From Actinomycetota bacterium (lineage in GTDB: Bacteria > Actinomycetota > Actinomycetes > Mycobacteriales > SCTD01), in contig JBKOVB010000088.1 in assembly GCA_046723735.1 (NCBI GenBank), positions 6,571 through 70,570 on the forward strand: a stretch of DNA of 64,000 nucleotides, in the 5' to 3' direction. Positions 28,537-37,509 of the stretch are shown here, in pieces. A program made the translations under genes and the position numbers. The notes beneath the pieces were generated by a model. That model searched no databases and was not told where the DNA came from. It was given only the letters and a program-made list of their open reading frames with translations. Each line of letters begins with the position of its first letter. Position 1 is the stretch's first letter.

Positions 28537-29075
28537 TGACGCCGGACGGACCCACCCCTCGTCGTACGAAGGAACTGCACGTGACCGAGAACGAGACCAC
28601 CGCCGACCCGGGCACCGACCTGCTGGTCCGGGAGGGCGACATCGCCGGCGACTACCTCGAGCGGCTGCTCGACATCGCCGACGTCGACGGCGACATCGAC
28701 ATGGACGTCGAGGGCAACCGCGCCGTCGTCGCGATCGTCGGCGACGGCCTCGACGCGCTCGTCGGCCCGCACGGGCAGACGCTCGAGGCGCTGCAGGAGC
28801 TCACGCGGCTGGCGGTGGTGCAGCAGACCGGCGTGCGCAGCCGCCTCATGCTGGACATCGGCGGGTACCGGGCGCGCCGCAAGGTCGAGCTCACCGACAT
28901 CGGCACCCGCACCGCCAAGCGCGTCCTCGAGGAGGGGGCGCCGGTGACGCTCGCCCCGATGACGCCGTTCGAGCGCAAGATCGTGCACGACGCGGTGGCT
29001 GCCGTCGAGGGGGTCCACTCCGAGTCCGAGGGCGTGGAGCCCGAGCGCCGCGTCGTCGTGCTGCCGGGCGAGTAA
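28536..29075 (+). CDS. jag: Jag/KhpB-type R3H RNA-binding protein
   Basis: Conserved position after yidC. KH-like region followed by a C-terminal R3H region (ERKIVHDAVAAVEGVHSESEG). Confidence 0.8.
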   Translation: MTPDGPTPRRTKELHVTENETTADPGTDLLVREGDIAGDYLERLLDIADVDGDIDMDVEGNRAVVAIVGDGLDALVGPHGQTLEALQELTRLAVVQQTGVRSRLMLDIGGYRARRKVELTDIGTRTAKRVLEEGAPVTLAPMTPFERKIVHDAVAAVEGVHSESEGVEPERRVVVLPGE

Positions 29076-29084
29076 GGGTCGCCC

Positions 29085-29795
29085 ATGAGCGCACGAGCGG
29101 GTTCGCTCGGCGAGCGGGCACCGGAGCGAAGCGCGTCGTCGCTCGTCGCGCCGCCGCCGGCTGCGGCGATCGAGGTCTTCGGTGCGGCGCTGCCGCGGCT
29201 CGAGGCCTACGCCGCGCTGCTCGCCGGCGCCGGGACCGAGCGCGGGCTGCTCGGTCCTCGGGAGGTGCCCCGGCTGTGGGAGCGGCACCTGCTCAACTGC
29301 GCCGGCCTGTCCGAGCTCGTCGCGGACGGCGAGGTCGTGCTCGACCTGGGCTCCGGCGCCGGCCTGCCCGGCCTCGTGCTCGCACTGATGCGGCCCGAGG
29401 TGCAGGTGGTGCTGGTGGAGTCGCTGCAGCGGCGCGCCCAGTTCCTGTCGGAGGCGGTGGAGGCGTTGGGGCTGCGCAGCACCGTCGTACGGCGGGCGCG
29501 CGCCGAGGAGCTGCACGGGAAGGTGGAGGTGGACGTCGTGACCGCCCGCGCCGTCGCCCCCGTCGACCGGCTCGCCGGCTGGGCTCTGCCGCTGCTTCGG
29601 CCAGGCGGCCGGATGCTTGCGCTGAAGGGTGAGCAGGCCCAGGCCGAGCTCGACCAGGCCCGTCCCGCGCTGGTCCGCCTCGGTGCGGTGTCCGCCGAGG
29701 TCGTGGAGGTCGGTGCGGCCACGCTGCACACGTCCGCGAGGATCGTCGTCGTCGAGGCCGGCCGGTCTCGCTCCCCCAGGAAGGCTCGTCGTTGA
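29085..29795 (+). CDS. rsmG: 16S rRNA (guanine527-N7)-methyltransferase RsmG
   Basis: Motifs RLWERHLLNC and the SAM motif VLDLGSGAGLPGLVLA. Position is between jag and parA. Confidence 0.9.
   Translation: MSARAGSLGERAPERSASSLVAPPPAAAIEVFGAALPRLEAYAALLAGAGTERGLLGPREVPRLWERHLLNCAGLSELVADGEVVLDLGSGAGLPGLVLALMRPEVQVVLVESLQRRAQFLSEAVEALGLRSTVVRRARAEELHGKVEVDVVTARAVAPVDRLAGWALPLLRPGGRMLALKGEQAQAELDQARPALVRLGAVSAEVVEVGAATLHTSARIVVVEAGRSRSPRKARR
29109..29132 (+). repeat. Junction cassette core copy C (inside the 5' end of rsmG)
   Basis: The plus strand GGCGAGCGGGCACCGGAGCGAAGC matches the 3' half of copies A, B and D. Confidence 0.45.
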
Positions 29796-30787
29796 CTGAG
29801 TTCCCCCTTGCGTCCGGCCTGGGGAGCCCGGAGGGTGTCCAGGTGCCCGGACGCAACGACGTGACGGCGGCCCCGGCCGACCGGCTCCGCGAAGCGCTGC
29901 GCGAGAGCGCCGCCGACACCCCCATCGGCGAGCAGGCAGCCGCCGCCGTTCGGGTCCGCAGCGGCAACGAGGTGTTCCCGAAGCCGGCCTCCCGCCGCGT
30001 CATCACCGTCGCCAACCAGAAGGGCGGCGTCGGCAAGACCACCTCGACCGTCAACCTCGCCGTGTCGCTGGCGCTGCACGGCGCCACTGTGCTCGTCGTG
30101 GACCTCGACCCGCAGGGCAACGCCTCGACCGCGCTCGGGGTGGAGCACCACAGCGGGGTGCCGGACGTCTACGACGTGCTGGTCAACGGCTCCGCGATCG
30201 CCGACGTCGTGCAGGAGGCGGCCGGGGTGCCGCGGCTGCGGTGCGTGCCCGCGACCATCGACCTGGCGGGTGCGGAGATCGAGCTCGTGTCGCTGGTGGC
30301 GCGCGAGTCGCGCCTGCAGCGGGCGATCGAGAGCTACTGCGCCGGACCCGGTGCGGACGTCGACTACGTCCTCGTCGACTGCCCGCCCTCGCTCGGCCTG
30401 CTCACCGTGAACGCGATGGTCGCCACCCAGGAGGTGCTCATCCCGATCCAGTGCGAGTACTACGCGCTGGAGGGGCTCGGCCAGCTGCTGCGCACGATCG
30501 ACATGGTCAAGGCGCACCTGAACCCGAGCCTCGCGGTGTCGACGATCCTGCTGACGATGTACGACGCGCGCACCCGGCTCGCGGACCAGGTGGCCGACGA
30601 GGTCCGCGGCCACTTCGGTGACGTGGTGCTGCGCACCACCATCCCGCGGTCGGTCCGGGTCTCCGAGGCGCCCGGGTACGGCCAGTCCGTGGTCACGTAC
30701 GACCCCGGGTCGCGTGGGGCGATGGCGTACGTCGACGCCGCGCGCGAGCTCGCCGTGCGGGGCGCCGCGCCGGAGGCACAGGCGTGA
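29792..30787 (+). CDS. parA: Chromosome partitioning ATPase ParA (Soj)
   Basis: TTG start overlapping the rsmG stop. Deviant Walker A motif ANQKGGVGKTTSTVNLA. Long actinobacterial N-terminal extension. Confidence 0.95.
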   Translation: MTEFPLASGLGSPEGVQVPGRNDVTAAPADRLREALRESAADTPIGEQAAAAVRVRSGNEVFPKPASRRVITVANQKGGVGKTTSTVNLAVSLALHGATVLVVDLDPQGNASTALGVEHHSGVPDVYDVLVNGSAIADVVQEAAGVPRLRCVPATIDLAGAEIELVSLVARESRLQRAIESYCAGPGADVDYVLVDCPPSLGLLTVNAMVATQEVLIPIQCEYYALEGLGQLLRTIDMVKAHLNPSLAVSTILLTMYDARTRLADQVADEVRGHFGDVVLRTTIPRSVRVSEAPGYGQSVVTYDPGSRGAMAYVDAARELAVRGAAPEAQA

Positions 30788-31713
30788 CCGCCCCTGGTAA
30801 GCGTGGCGGCCTCGGACGCGGCCTCGGAGCGCTCATCCCGCAGGGGCCGGCGGTCGACACCGCCCCGGCGCCCGTCCCGGCCGCCGCCGGCGCGACGCCG
30901 CTCGCCCCGGTGGCGGGTGCGCACTTCGCGGAGCTGCCGGTGGACGCGATCGCGCCGAACGCGGTGAACCCGCGGACCGTCTTCGACGCCGACGAGCTCG
31001 CCGAGCTGGTCGGGTCGATCAAGACCGTGGGGCTGCTGCAGCCCGTCGTGGTGCGCCCGCTGGCGGACGAGCGGTACGAGCTGATCATGGGCGAGCGGCG
31101 CTGGCGCGCCGCGCAGGAGGCCGGGCTCAGCACCATCCCGGCGATCGTGCGGGAGACGCCCGACGATGCGATGCTGCGGGACGCCCTGCTGGAGAACTTG
31201 CACCGCAGCCAGCTCAACCCGCTCGAGGAGGCCGCGGCCTACAGCCAGCTGCTGAAGGACTTCGGGGCGACGCACGAAGAGCTCGCGTCCCGCATCCACC
31301 GTTCCCGGCCGCAGATCACGAACACGCTGCGGCTGCTGAACCTGCCGCCCTCGGTGCAGGCCAAGGTCGCCGCGGGCGTCCTGTCGGCCGGGCACGCGAA
31401 GGCGATCCTCGGGCTGCCGACGGCGGAGGCGATGGAGGCCATGGCCCACCGGGTCGTGGCCGAGGGCCTGTCCGTGCGCTCGACCGAGGAGGCCGTCGCA
31501 CTCGCATCCGCGGAGGCGCCCGCCCGGAAGAAGGGCGCGGCCGGCAAGCGGCTGGTGCCCGAGGAGGCGCGGGAGGTCGCGGACCGGCTGTCGGACCGGC
31601 TCGAGACCCGCGTCAAGGTGGACGTCGGCCGGTCCAAGGGGAAGATCACGATCGAGTTCGCGACACTCGAGGACCTGGGGCGGATCGCCGCGATCGTGGA
31701 GGGCCGAGCGTAA
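30784..31713 (+). CDS. parB: Chromosome partitioning protein ParB (Spo0J)
   Basis: Motifs GLGRGLGALIP, the ParB box QPVVVRP..YELIMGERRWRAAQEAGL, and an HTH region. Confidence 0.95.
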   Translation: MTAPGKRGGLGRGLGALIPQGPAVDTAPAPVPAAAGATPLAPVAGAHFAELPVDAIAPNAVNPRTVFDADELAELVGSIKTVGLLQPVVVRPLADERYELIMGERRWRAAQEAGLSTIPAIVRETPDDAMLRDALLENLHRSQLNPLEEAAAYSQLLKDFGATHEELASRIHRSRPQITNTLRLLNLPPSVQAKVAAGVLSAGHAKAILGLPTAEAMEAMAHRVVAEGLSVRSTEEAVALASAEAPARKKGAAGKRLVPEEAREVADRLSDRLETRVKVDVGRSKGKITIEFATLEDLGRIAAIVEGRA

Positions 31714-31958
31714 GTCCTCGGTCGCGCGGACAAGGCGCGCGCCCCGCGAGTGTGGCCGATACTGCGTCCGTGCCCGAGGACGCGCGGCCGCTTGTCATCC
31801 GCGCACAGCTCCCCGAGCCGTGCGCGATGGGCAGCGGCGCGGGCCTGCAGCCGCGACAGCTCGGCCTCGAGCCCGGCGATGGCCACTTCCCGTCGTACGG
31901 CGTCGAGCCGCAGCGCCTCCTCGTGGGCGCCTTCGACGGTGAGCTCGTGCATGAAGTG

Positions 31959-31987
31959 ATCTTAGGTGAAGGGACTCGAACGCACAA
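31959..31987 (-). promoter_or_regulatory. Candidate promoter driving a leaderless transcript antisense to the parB 3' end
   Basis: Read on the minus strand: TTGTGC (31987-31982), a 17-nt spacer, TAAGAT (31964-31959), 6 nt, then ATG at 31952. It sits in a conspicuously low-GC patch. Confidence 0.35.
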
Positions 31988-32015
31988 GCGAGACATGTGG
32001 AAAAGTCTTTTGTTC

Positions 32016-33308
32016 TCAGGCAAGTCCGAGCCGCTTGGCGTGCTCGCGCAGCTCGTCCCGCGCCCGCGGATGGGCGGTGTGCTCGATGAGGGCACGCGCC
32101 TGCTCGTGCTGGTGCGCCCCCCACAGCCGGGCGAGGCCCTGGTCGGTGACGACGTAGCTCTGCTGGAACGACGTGGCCGGCTCGCACAGCGTCGGCACGA
32201 TCGTCGACACGTCGGCGCGCGCGTGCCAGGAAGGCAGCGCGATGATCGACAGGCCGCGGTGGGCGTGCAGCGCTCCCACGATGAAGTCCGTCTGGCCGCC
32301 GAACCCCGAGTAGGCCCGGCCGCGGACGTACGACGCGTTCGCCTGCCCGAACAGGTCGACCTGCAGCGCCGAGTTCACCGAGGTCATGGCGGGCTGCCGG
32401 GCGATCAGGGCCGGGTCGTTGGTGTGCTCGGTGCGGGCCAGCACCACGCGCCGGTTGCCGTCGAGCCAGTCGTAGAGCTCCGGCGAGCCGACGGCGAAGC
32501 TCGTCACCACCGGCACGTCCCGGTCCAGTGCGCCGGCCCGCTCCAGCGCCAGCACCCCGTCGCTGATCATCTCCGACCAGACCCGCAGCCCGCGCCGTTC
32601 GCGCAGCGCGGCGAGAACGGCGTCGGGCACGCCGCCGATCCCGAGCTGCAGGGTCGCCTCGCCGGGGATGAGGGAGGCGACCTGCTCGGCGATGCGCGCC
32701 GAGACCTCGTCGGTCGCCCGCCGGACGGGCTGCAGGAGGGGGGCGTCCACCTCGACCGCGAGGTCGATGTCGGCCGTGTCGACGACGGCGTCGCCGTACG
32801 TGTAAGGCATCTGCCTGTTGACCTGCGCGACTACGAGCGCCCCACGGCTGCGGGCCGCCTCGATGGCGGCGGGCAGGATGTTGACCTCTACGCCGAGTGA
32901 CACGGTGCCGTCGCGGGGCGGGCTCACCATCACCAGGACGACGTCGGGCGGCGTCGTGGTGCGCAGCAGCGCCGGCACGAGGCTGAGCCGGCACGGCAGG
33001 TATTCCAACGTCGCGTGCCCGCGCATCCCCGGGCCGATGAACGGTGTCTCGTACACCACACCGTCCCGGTCCGGCAGGCCGTGCGCGGCGTTCAGGACGA
33101 ACAGCCGGTACGACGGGACCGCGGCGTCGAGCAGGCGCAGGGCCTGCATCGGGGTGGCCCCGTTGCCCCCGGCTACGACCCGGGGTCGCGTATGGGGGAG
33201 CGCCGAGAGGTGCCGGCTGAGGGTCTCCTCGGAGACGACGCGCATGCGCCCATGCTGCCCCGGACCGGCCTTACCCGCCCCACTTTCCCCGCGTTCCGGT
33301 TCCGTCAT
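32016..33308 (-). CDS. Acetyl-CoA hydrolase/transferase family protein
   Basis: Family-typical blocks: VAQVNRQMPYTYGD, SEMISDGVLAL, GFGGQTDFIVGA. An alternative start is M22 at 33245. Confidence 0.85.
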   Translation of the reverse strand: MTEPERGESGAGKAGPGQHGRMRVVSEETLSRHLSALPHTRPRVVAGGNGATPMQALRLLDAAVPSYRLFVLNAAHGLPDRDGVVYETPFIGPGMRGHATLEYLPCRLSLVPALLRTTTPPDVVLVMVSPPRDGTVSLGVEVNILPAAIEAARSRGALVVAQVNRQMPYTYGDAVVDTADIDLAVEVDAPLLQPVRRATDEVSARIAEQVASLIPGEATLQLGIGGVPDAVLAALRERRGLRVWSEMISDGVLALERAGALDRDVPVVTSFAVGSPELYDWLDGNRRVVLARTEHTNDPALIARQPAMTSVNSALQVDLFGQANASYVRGRAYSGFGGQTDFIVGALHAHRGLSIIALPSWHARADVSTIVPTLCEPATSFQQSYVVTDQGLARLWGAHQHEQARALIEHTAHPRARDELREHAKRLGLA

Positions 33309-33334
33309 CAGCCCTGACGGGTACGGGCCCGTCG

Positions 33335-33700
33335 GTGCTACAGGGAGGATGCGCGATGACCCCCGCGATGAAGACCATGATCGTGCCGGTGAAGGACCTG
33401 GAACGGGCCACGGCGCTGTACGCCGGGCTGCTGGGCCGCGAGCCCTCGGCGGCCGAGTCGTACTACGTGGCGTTCGAGACCGACGGGCTGCACCTCGGGC
33501 TCGACCCGCACGGTGCTGATCGGGGGCTCACGGGTCCGGTGGCCTTCTGGCACGTCGACGACCTGGACGCGCGTCTCGCCGCGCTGCTCGACGCCGGCGC
33601 CGTGGTGCACCAGCCGGTCCGCGAGGTGGGCGGCGGACGCCGGGTCGCGTCGGTCACCGACCCCGACGGCAACGTGATCGGGCTGCTCCAGGACCCGTGA
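33335..33700 (+). CDS. VOC (glyoxalase/bleomycin resistance) family protein
   Basis: Small beta-alpha-beta-beta-beta pattern with VTDPDGNVIGLLQ at the C-terminus. An alternative start is at 33356. Confidence 0.75.
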   Translation: MLQGGCAMTPAMKTMIVPVKDLERATALYAGLLGREPSAAESYYVAFETDGLHLGLDPHGADRGLTGPVAFWHVDDLDARLAALLDAGAVVHQPVREVGGGRRVASVTDPDGNVIGLLQDP

Positions 33701-33706
33701 GCAGGC

Positions 33707-34999
33707 TCAGGCGATCTCGGGGCCTGGGGTGGCGGCGCCGGGGCGGGTCGGGGCGGACGTGAGCGGCCCGAAGGTGGCCAGCAGCTCGAGCTCCGCCTCG
33801 ACCACTCCGGCCAGCCGGCGTACGCCTTCGCGGATCCGGTCGGGCTCGGGGAAGCAGTACGACAGCCGCAGCTCGCGGGCACCCTGGCCGTCGGCGTAGA
33901 AGCCGATGCCCGGCACGTAGGCGACCCTCGCCGTGATCGCCCGGGGCTGCATCACCTTGGCGTCGAGGCCCTCGGGCAGCGTGGTCCAGACGTAGAAGCC
34001 GCCCTCGGGGTGGGTCCACGTCGTGCCTTCCGGCATGAGGGTCGTGAGCGCGTCGAGCATCGCGTCGCGCCGCTCCCGGTAGATGCCCTTGAACACCTCG
34101 ATCTGGCCCTGCCAGTCGGTGGTCGTGAGGTACTCGACGACCGCCATCTGGTTCAGCGCCGGCGGGCACAGCACCGACGCCTCGGCGGCGAGCACGAGCT
34201 TCTCGCGGACCGCGTGGGGGGCGAGCACCCAGCCGACCCGCAGCCCGGGCGAGAAGGTCTTGCTGAACGAGCCGAGGTAGATGACCTCGTCCTCGCCGCC
34301 GCGGGCCCGGATGGCCGGGGTCGGCGGCCCCTCGAACCCGAGCAGGCCGTAGGGGTTGTCCTCGAGCACGAGCAGGCCGGCCTGTTGGCAGATCTCGAGG
34401 ACCTCGGTGCGGCGGGCGTCGGACAGCGACGTGCCGGCCGGGTTGTGGAAGTTCGGGATCGTGTACAGAAACTTCGCGCGCGTGCCCACCCGCGCGACCG
34501 CCTCGCGCAGCGCCTCGGGGACGAGCCCGTGCTCGTCCATCGGCACGTGCACGACGTCGGCCTGGTACGCCGCGAAGGTGCCCAGCGCCCCGACGTACGA
34601 CGGGGCTTCGGCGAGCACGACGTCGCCGGGGTCGCAGAAGATCCGGGTGACGAGGTCGAGGGCGTGCTGCGAGCCGACGGTGACCACCACGTCGTCGGGG
34701 GAGCCGACCACGCCCTCGAGCGCCATCACCTGGCAGATCAGCTCGCGCAGCACCGGGTCGCCCTGACCCGAGCCGTACTGCAGCGCCGCCGCACCCTTGG
34801 TCGCGAGCAGGTCGGAGAGCAGCTTGCCGACCGCGTCGAGGGGCAGCGCGCTGGTGTAGGGCATGCCGCCTGCGAGGCTGACCACCTCGGGGCGGTTGGC
34901 GACCGCGAACAGGGCGCGGATCTCGGACGCCGTCATCCCCGCCGTACGCTGCGCGTAACGGCCCGTGAACGCGTCGAAGGTCCGCGAGAGCCCTGGCAT
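33707..34999 (-). CDS. PLP-dependent aminotransferase (class I/II fold)
   Basis: PLP-lysine motif SFSKTFSPGLRVGW, YTIPNFHNPAG and DNPYGLL. Confidence 0.85.
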   Translation of the reverse strand: MPGLSRTFDAFTGRYAQRTAGMTASEIRALFAVANRPEVVSLAGGMPYTSALPLDAVGKLLSDLLATKGAAALQYGSGQGDPVLRELICQVMALEGVVGSPDDVVVTVGSQHALDLVTRIFCDPGDVVLAEAPSYVGALGTFAAYQADVVHVPMDEHGLVPEALREAVARVGTRAKFLYTIPNFHNPAGTSLSDARRTEVLEICQQAGLLVLEDNPYGLLGFEGPPTPAIRARGGEDEVIYLGSFSKTFSPGLRVGWVLAPHAVREKLVLAAEASVLCPPALNQMAVVEYLTTTDWQGQIEVFKGIYRERRDAMLDALTTLMPEGTTWTHPEGGFYVWTTLPEGLDAKVMQPRAITARVAYVPGIGFYADGQGARELRLSYCFPEPDRIREGVRRLAGVVEAELELLATFGPLTSAPTRPGAATPGPEIA

Positions 35000-35059
35000 G
35001 GCTCCACGGTACCGGCGGGCGCTTCTCGATTTTCGTCAGGCGCAACTACCCTCGAGCGG

Positions 35060-35164
35060 GTGGTGACACTCCCCCGCCGTCCGGCAGGCCTGCTGGGACT
35101 CGGTGCGCTGGTCGGCGCCGTGGTGGGGGTCCTCACCGGGCTGCTCCGGAAGCCTCGGCGGTGA
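35060..35164 (+). CDS. Possible 34-aa single-TM micro-protein coupled to the GNAT gene
   Basis: The GTG-initiated ORF gives VVTLPRRPAGLLGLGALVGAVVGVLTGLLRKPRR. Its stop overlaps the GNAT GTG start (GTGA). No homology evidence is available to me. Confidence 0.2.
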   Translation: MVTLPRRPAGLLGLGALVGAVVGVLTGLLRKPRR

Positions 35165-35784
35165 GCGCGATGAGCAGGCGTCTGGTCAACATCACGCTCG
35201 ACAACCTCGACGACCTGCCGCGGCGCTGCCGCACCTGCGTGTTCTGGGAGCTCGACCCCGTCGCGCACGACCGCGCCGTGGAGGCAGGGGACACCGCGTT
35301 CGAGAAGGAGTCGTGGGTGTCCGCCACGCTGCTCGAGTGGGGCTCGTGCGGGAAGCTCGTGTACGTCGACTCGGTGCCTGCGGGCTACGTGATGTACGCG
35401 CCGCCGATGTACGTGCCGCGTTCGGTGGCGTTCCCCACCTCGCCGGTCTCGGCCGACGCCGTGCTGCTGATGACTGGCCACGTGCTTCCCGACTTCCAGG
35501 GCGGCGGCCTGGCGCGGATGCTCGTGCAGGCGGTCGCGAAGGACCTCACCCGGCGCGGCTTCAAGGCGATCGAGGCGTTCGGCGACCTGCACCACCAGGG
35601 CCCGGCGTGCATCCTGCCGGCCGACTACCTGACGGCCGTGGGCTTCAAGACGGTCCGGCCGCACCACCGCTTCCCGCGACTGCGCCTGGAGCTGAAGACC
35701 ACGGTGGCCTGGAGCGAGAGCGTCGAGGCCGCGCTGGAGAAGCTGCTGGGATCGATGACCGACCCGGTGCTGCGGCCCGTCTAG
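35161..35784 (+). CDS. GNAT family N-acetyltransferase
   Basis: Acetyl-CoA motif A-like FQGGGLARMLVQAV, with a Cys pair (CRTCVFWE) near the N-terminus. It occupies the position of the conserved gene between cwlM and parB. Confidence 0.7.
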   Translation: MSAMSRRLVNITLDNLDDLPRRCRTCVFWELDPVAHDRAVEAGDTAFEKESWVSATLLEWGSCGKLVYVDSVPAGYVMYAPPMYVPRSVAFPTSPVSADAVLLMTGHVLPDFQGGGLARMLVQAVAKDLTRRGFKAIEAFGDLHHQGPACILPADYLTAVGFKTVRPHHRFPRLRLELKTTVAWSESVEAALEKLLGSMTDPVLRPV

Positions 35785-36896
35785 GACGTGGAGGCGGTGG
35801 GCAGCCGCAGCGCGCCCGTCGGCGGGTCGGCCTCGGGCGGCAGGTAGAGCCGCTGGATCGCCACGAGCAGAGCCTCCGCGAGCGTGTCGCGGAAGGCGGG
35901 GTCGGCCAGCTGCGCGGCGTCGTCGGGATGGCTGAGGTGACCGAGCTCGACGCGCACCGCCGGCATCTGCGTGAGCCGCAGCAGCGCCCAGGTCTTCGCG
36001 TGCACCCGGCAGTCCAGCAGTCCGGTGCGCGCCACCACCTCGCGCTGCACCAGGCTCGCCAGCCGCTCGCCGACGGTGGACGTGGTGCCCGTGCCGGTGC
36101 CGAAGTGGTAGCTCGCCACGCCGTGGCAGCGCGACGACGGCGCCTCGTCGACGTGCAACGACACGAGCAGGTCGGCGGCCGCCTCGTTCGCGAGGGCGGC
36201 CCGTTCCTCGTCGCTCGGCGAGCTGTCCCAGCCGCGGGTGAGCAGCACCCGCACCCCCATCGCCTGCAGCCGGCCCTCGAGCCGGGTGGCGATGTCCTGC
36301 ACCAGCGTGGCCTCGTCATGACCGTGTCCCACGGACCCCCGGTCGGGGCCGCCGTGCCCCGGGTCCACGACCACTACCTTGCCGGTCAGGGCTGCCCCGC
36401 CGGACCGCAGCCGCTCGGTCTCCCGCAGCTGCTGCGGCCGGCCGCCCACGACGAGCCGGCCGAGCTGACGCAGCGCGCGCAGCGTGGCGGGCCCGCACAC
36501 CCCGTCCGGGCGCATGCCGTAGTCGCGCTGGAACGCCTTGAGCGCCTCCTCGGTCCGGGGCCCGAAGACCCCGTCCGCACGGCCCGGGTCGAAGCCCAGC
36601 TCCGCGAGCCGCTCCTGCAGGGCCGCGACGTCGTCGCCGACGAGCAGCTTCGTCTGGTAGCTGAGGATCCGGTCGCCCAGCGCGTGCCGGGCGGCCTGCA
36701 GCGCCGTGTAGGTGTCACGGCCGACCACGCCGTCGGCGCGCAGCCCGCGGCGCTGCTGGAAGGCGCGCACCGCGTGGTCGGTGACGTCGTCGAAGACCGG
36801 CTCGTCCGGTACGGCGGCCAGCTCCCCCATGGCGGCGAGCATCGCCTGGACCTCCGCCACCGCGCGCCCGGTGTCGCCGCGGCGGATCAGCTGCAC
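35781..36896 (-). CDS. cwlM: N-acetylmuramoyl-L-alanine amidase family protein CwlM
   Basis: Two peptidoglycan-binding repeats (GDTGRAVAEVQAML.., GDDVAALQERLAELGF..) and the Amidase_3 core VVVVDPGHGGPDRG. Position is downstream of trxB-trxA. Confidence 0.9.
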   Translation of the reverse strand: MQLIRRGDTGRAVAEVQAMLAAMGELAAVPDEPVFDDVTDHAVRAFQQRRGLRADGVVGRDTYTALQAARHALGDRILSYQTKLLVGDDVAALQERLAELGFDPGRADGVFGPRTEEALKAFQRDYGMRPDGVCGPATLRALRQLGRLVVGGRPQQLRETERLRSGGAALTGKVVVVDPGHGGPDRGSVGHGHDEATLVQDIATRLEGRLQAMGVRVLLTRGWDSSPSDEERAALANEAAADLLVSLHVDEAPSSRCHGVASYHFGTGTGTTSTVGERLASLVQREVVARTGLLDCRVHAKTWALLRLTQMPAVRVELGHLSHPDDAAQLADPAFRDTLAEALLVAIQRLYLPPEADPPTGALRLPTASTS

Positions 36897-36960
36897 GGTC
36901 CGGACTGTAGTGGCGGGTCGGCTCGCCGGACGGTCAGGGCGACCTCACCCCCCGCCCCAG

Positions 36961-37023
36961 TGATCAACAGGACCATGCGCCATCGACACGCCGGTGTCGC
37001 GAGGACAGAAGTCCTGTTGATCA
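36961..37023. repeat. Nested inverted repeat (13-bp arms with an inner 6-bp hairpin) upstream of cwlM
   Basis: TGATCAACAGGAC (36961-36973) pairs with GTCCTGTTGATCA (37011-37023), a perfect match with a 37-nt spacer. The spacer contains CGACAC-GCCG-GTGTCG. The arms are far less GC-rich than their surroundings. Confidence 0.6.
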
Positions 37024-37059
37024 AGGAAGGGAGTGGCCGAGTGGGCGGGACACGAACAA

Positions 37060-37083
37060 GGCCGGGCCCCGCGGGACCCGGCC
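37060..37083 (-). terminator. Intrinsic-terminator-like hairpin after trxA
   Basis: GGCCGGG..CCCGGCC stem with an inner CCC/GGG extension, starting 17 nt after the TAA stop. It is followed on the minus strand by TTGTTCGTGT. Confidence 0.5.
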
Positions 37084-37099
37084 TCCGTCGTGCTCGCTC

Positions 37100-37426
37100 T
37101 TAGAGGAACGCCTCGAGCTCGCGCAGGATCGCGGCCTTCGGCTTGGCGCCGACGATCTGCTTCACGATCTGCCCGCCCTGGAACACCGCCATCGTCGGGA
37201 TCGACATGATCTGGTAGTCCCGGGAGACGACGGGGTTCTCGTCGGTGTTGAGCTTCACGATCGTGATCTTGTCGCTGTGCTCGGCCGCGATCTCCTCGAG
37301 GACGGGGGCCACCATCTTGCACGGGCCGCACCACTCAGCCCAGAAGTCCACGAGCACGGGCTTGGTGCTCTGCAGCACGTCCGTCGCGAACGTGGCGTCG
37401 GTGACGGTCTTGGTGTTGGCGCCCAC
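37100..37426 (-). CDS. trxA: Thioredoxin
   Basis: Active site WAEWCGPCK. The product is 108 aa. Confidence 0.95.
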   Translation of the reverse strand: MGANTKTVTDATFATDVLQSTKPVLVDFWAEWCGPCKMVAPVLEEIAAEHSDKITIVKLNTDENPVVSRDYQIMSIPTMAVFQGGQIVKQIVGAKPKAAILRELEAFL

Positions 37427-37509
37427 GGCGTCTCTCCTCGGGTTCCTGGTGTGGTCAGCAGAACGTAGTGCGCGAAGCCGTCATTCCCCGTGCTCGGCCG
37501 ACACGGTGC

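Noticed and set aside
31239-31952. A 237-aa minus-strand ORF treated as a full-length protein gene.
   Set aside because: Beyond about 55 codons the translation becomes Ser/Arg/Ala noise and runs antisense through 475 nt of parB. Only the promoter and leaderless start are kept, as a finding.
36959-37025. The 63-bp inverted-repeat element treated as a MITE with a target-site duplication.
   Set aside because: The only flanking duplication is a 2-bp AG, which is uninformative. There are no other copies in the window and no transposase. It is reported as a structured repeat rather than a mobile element.
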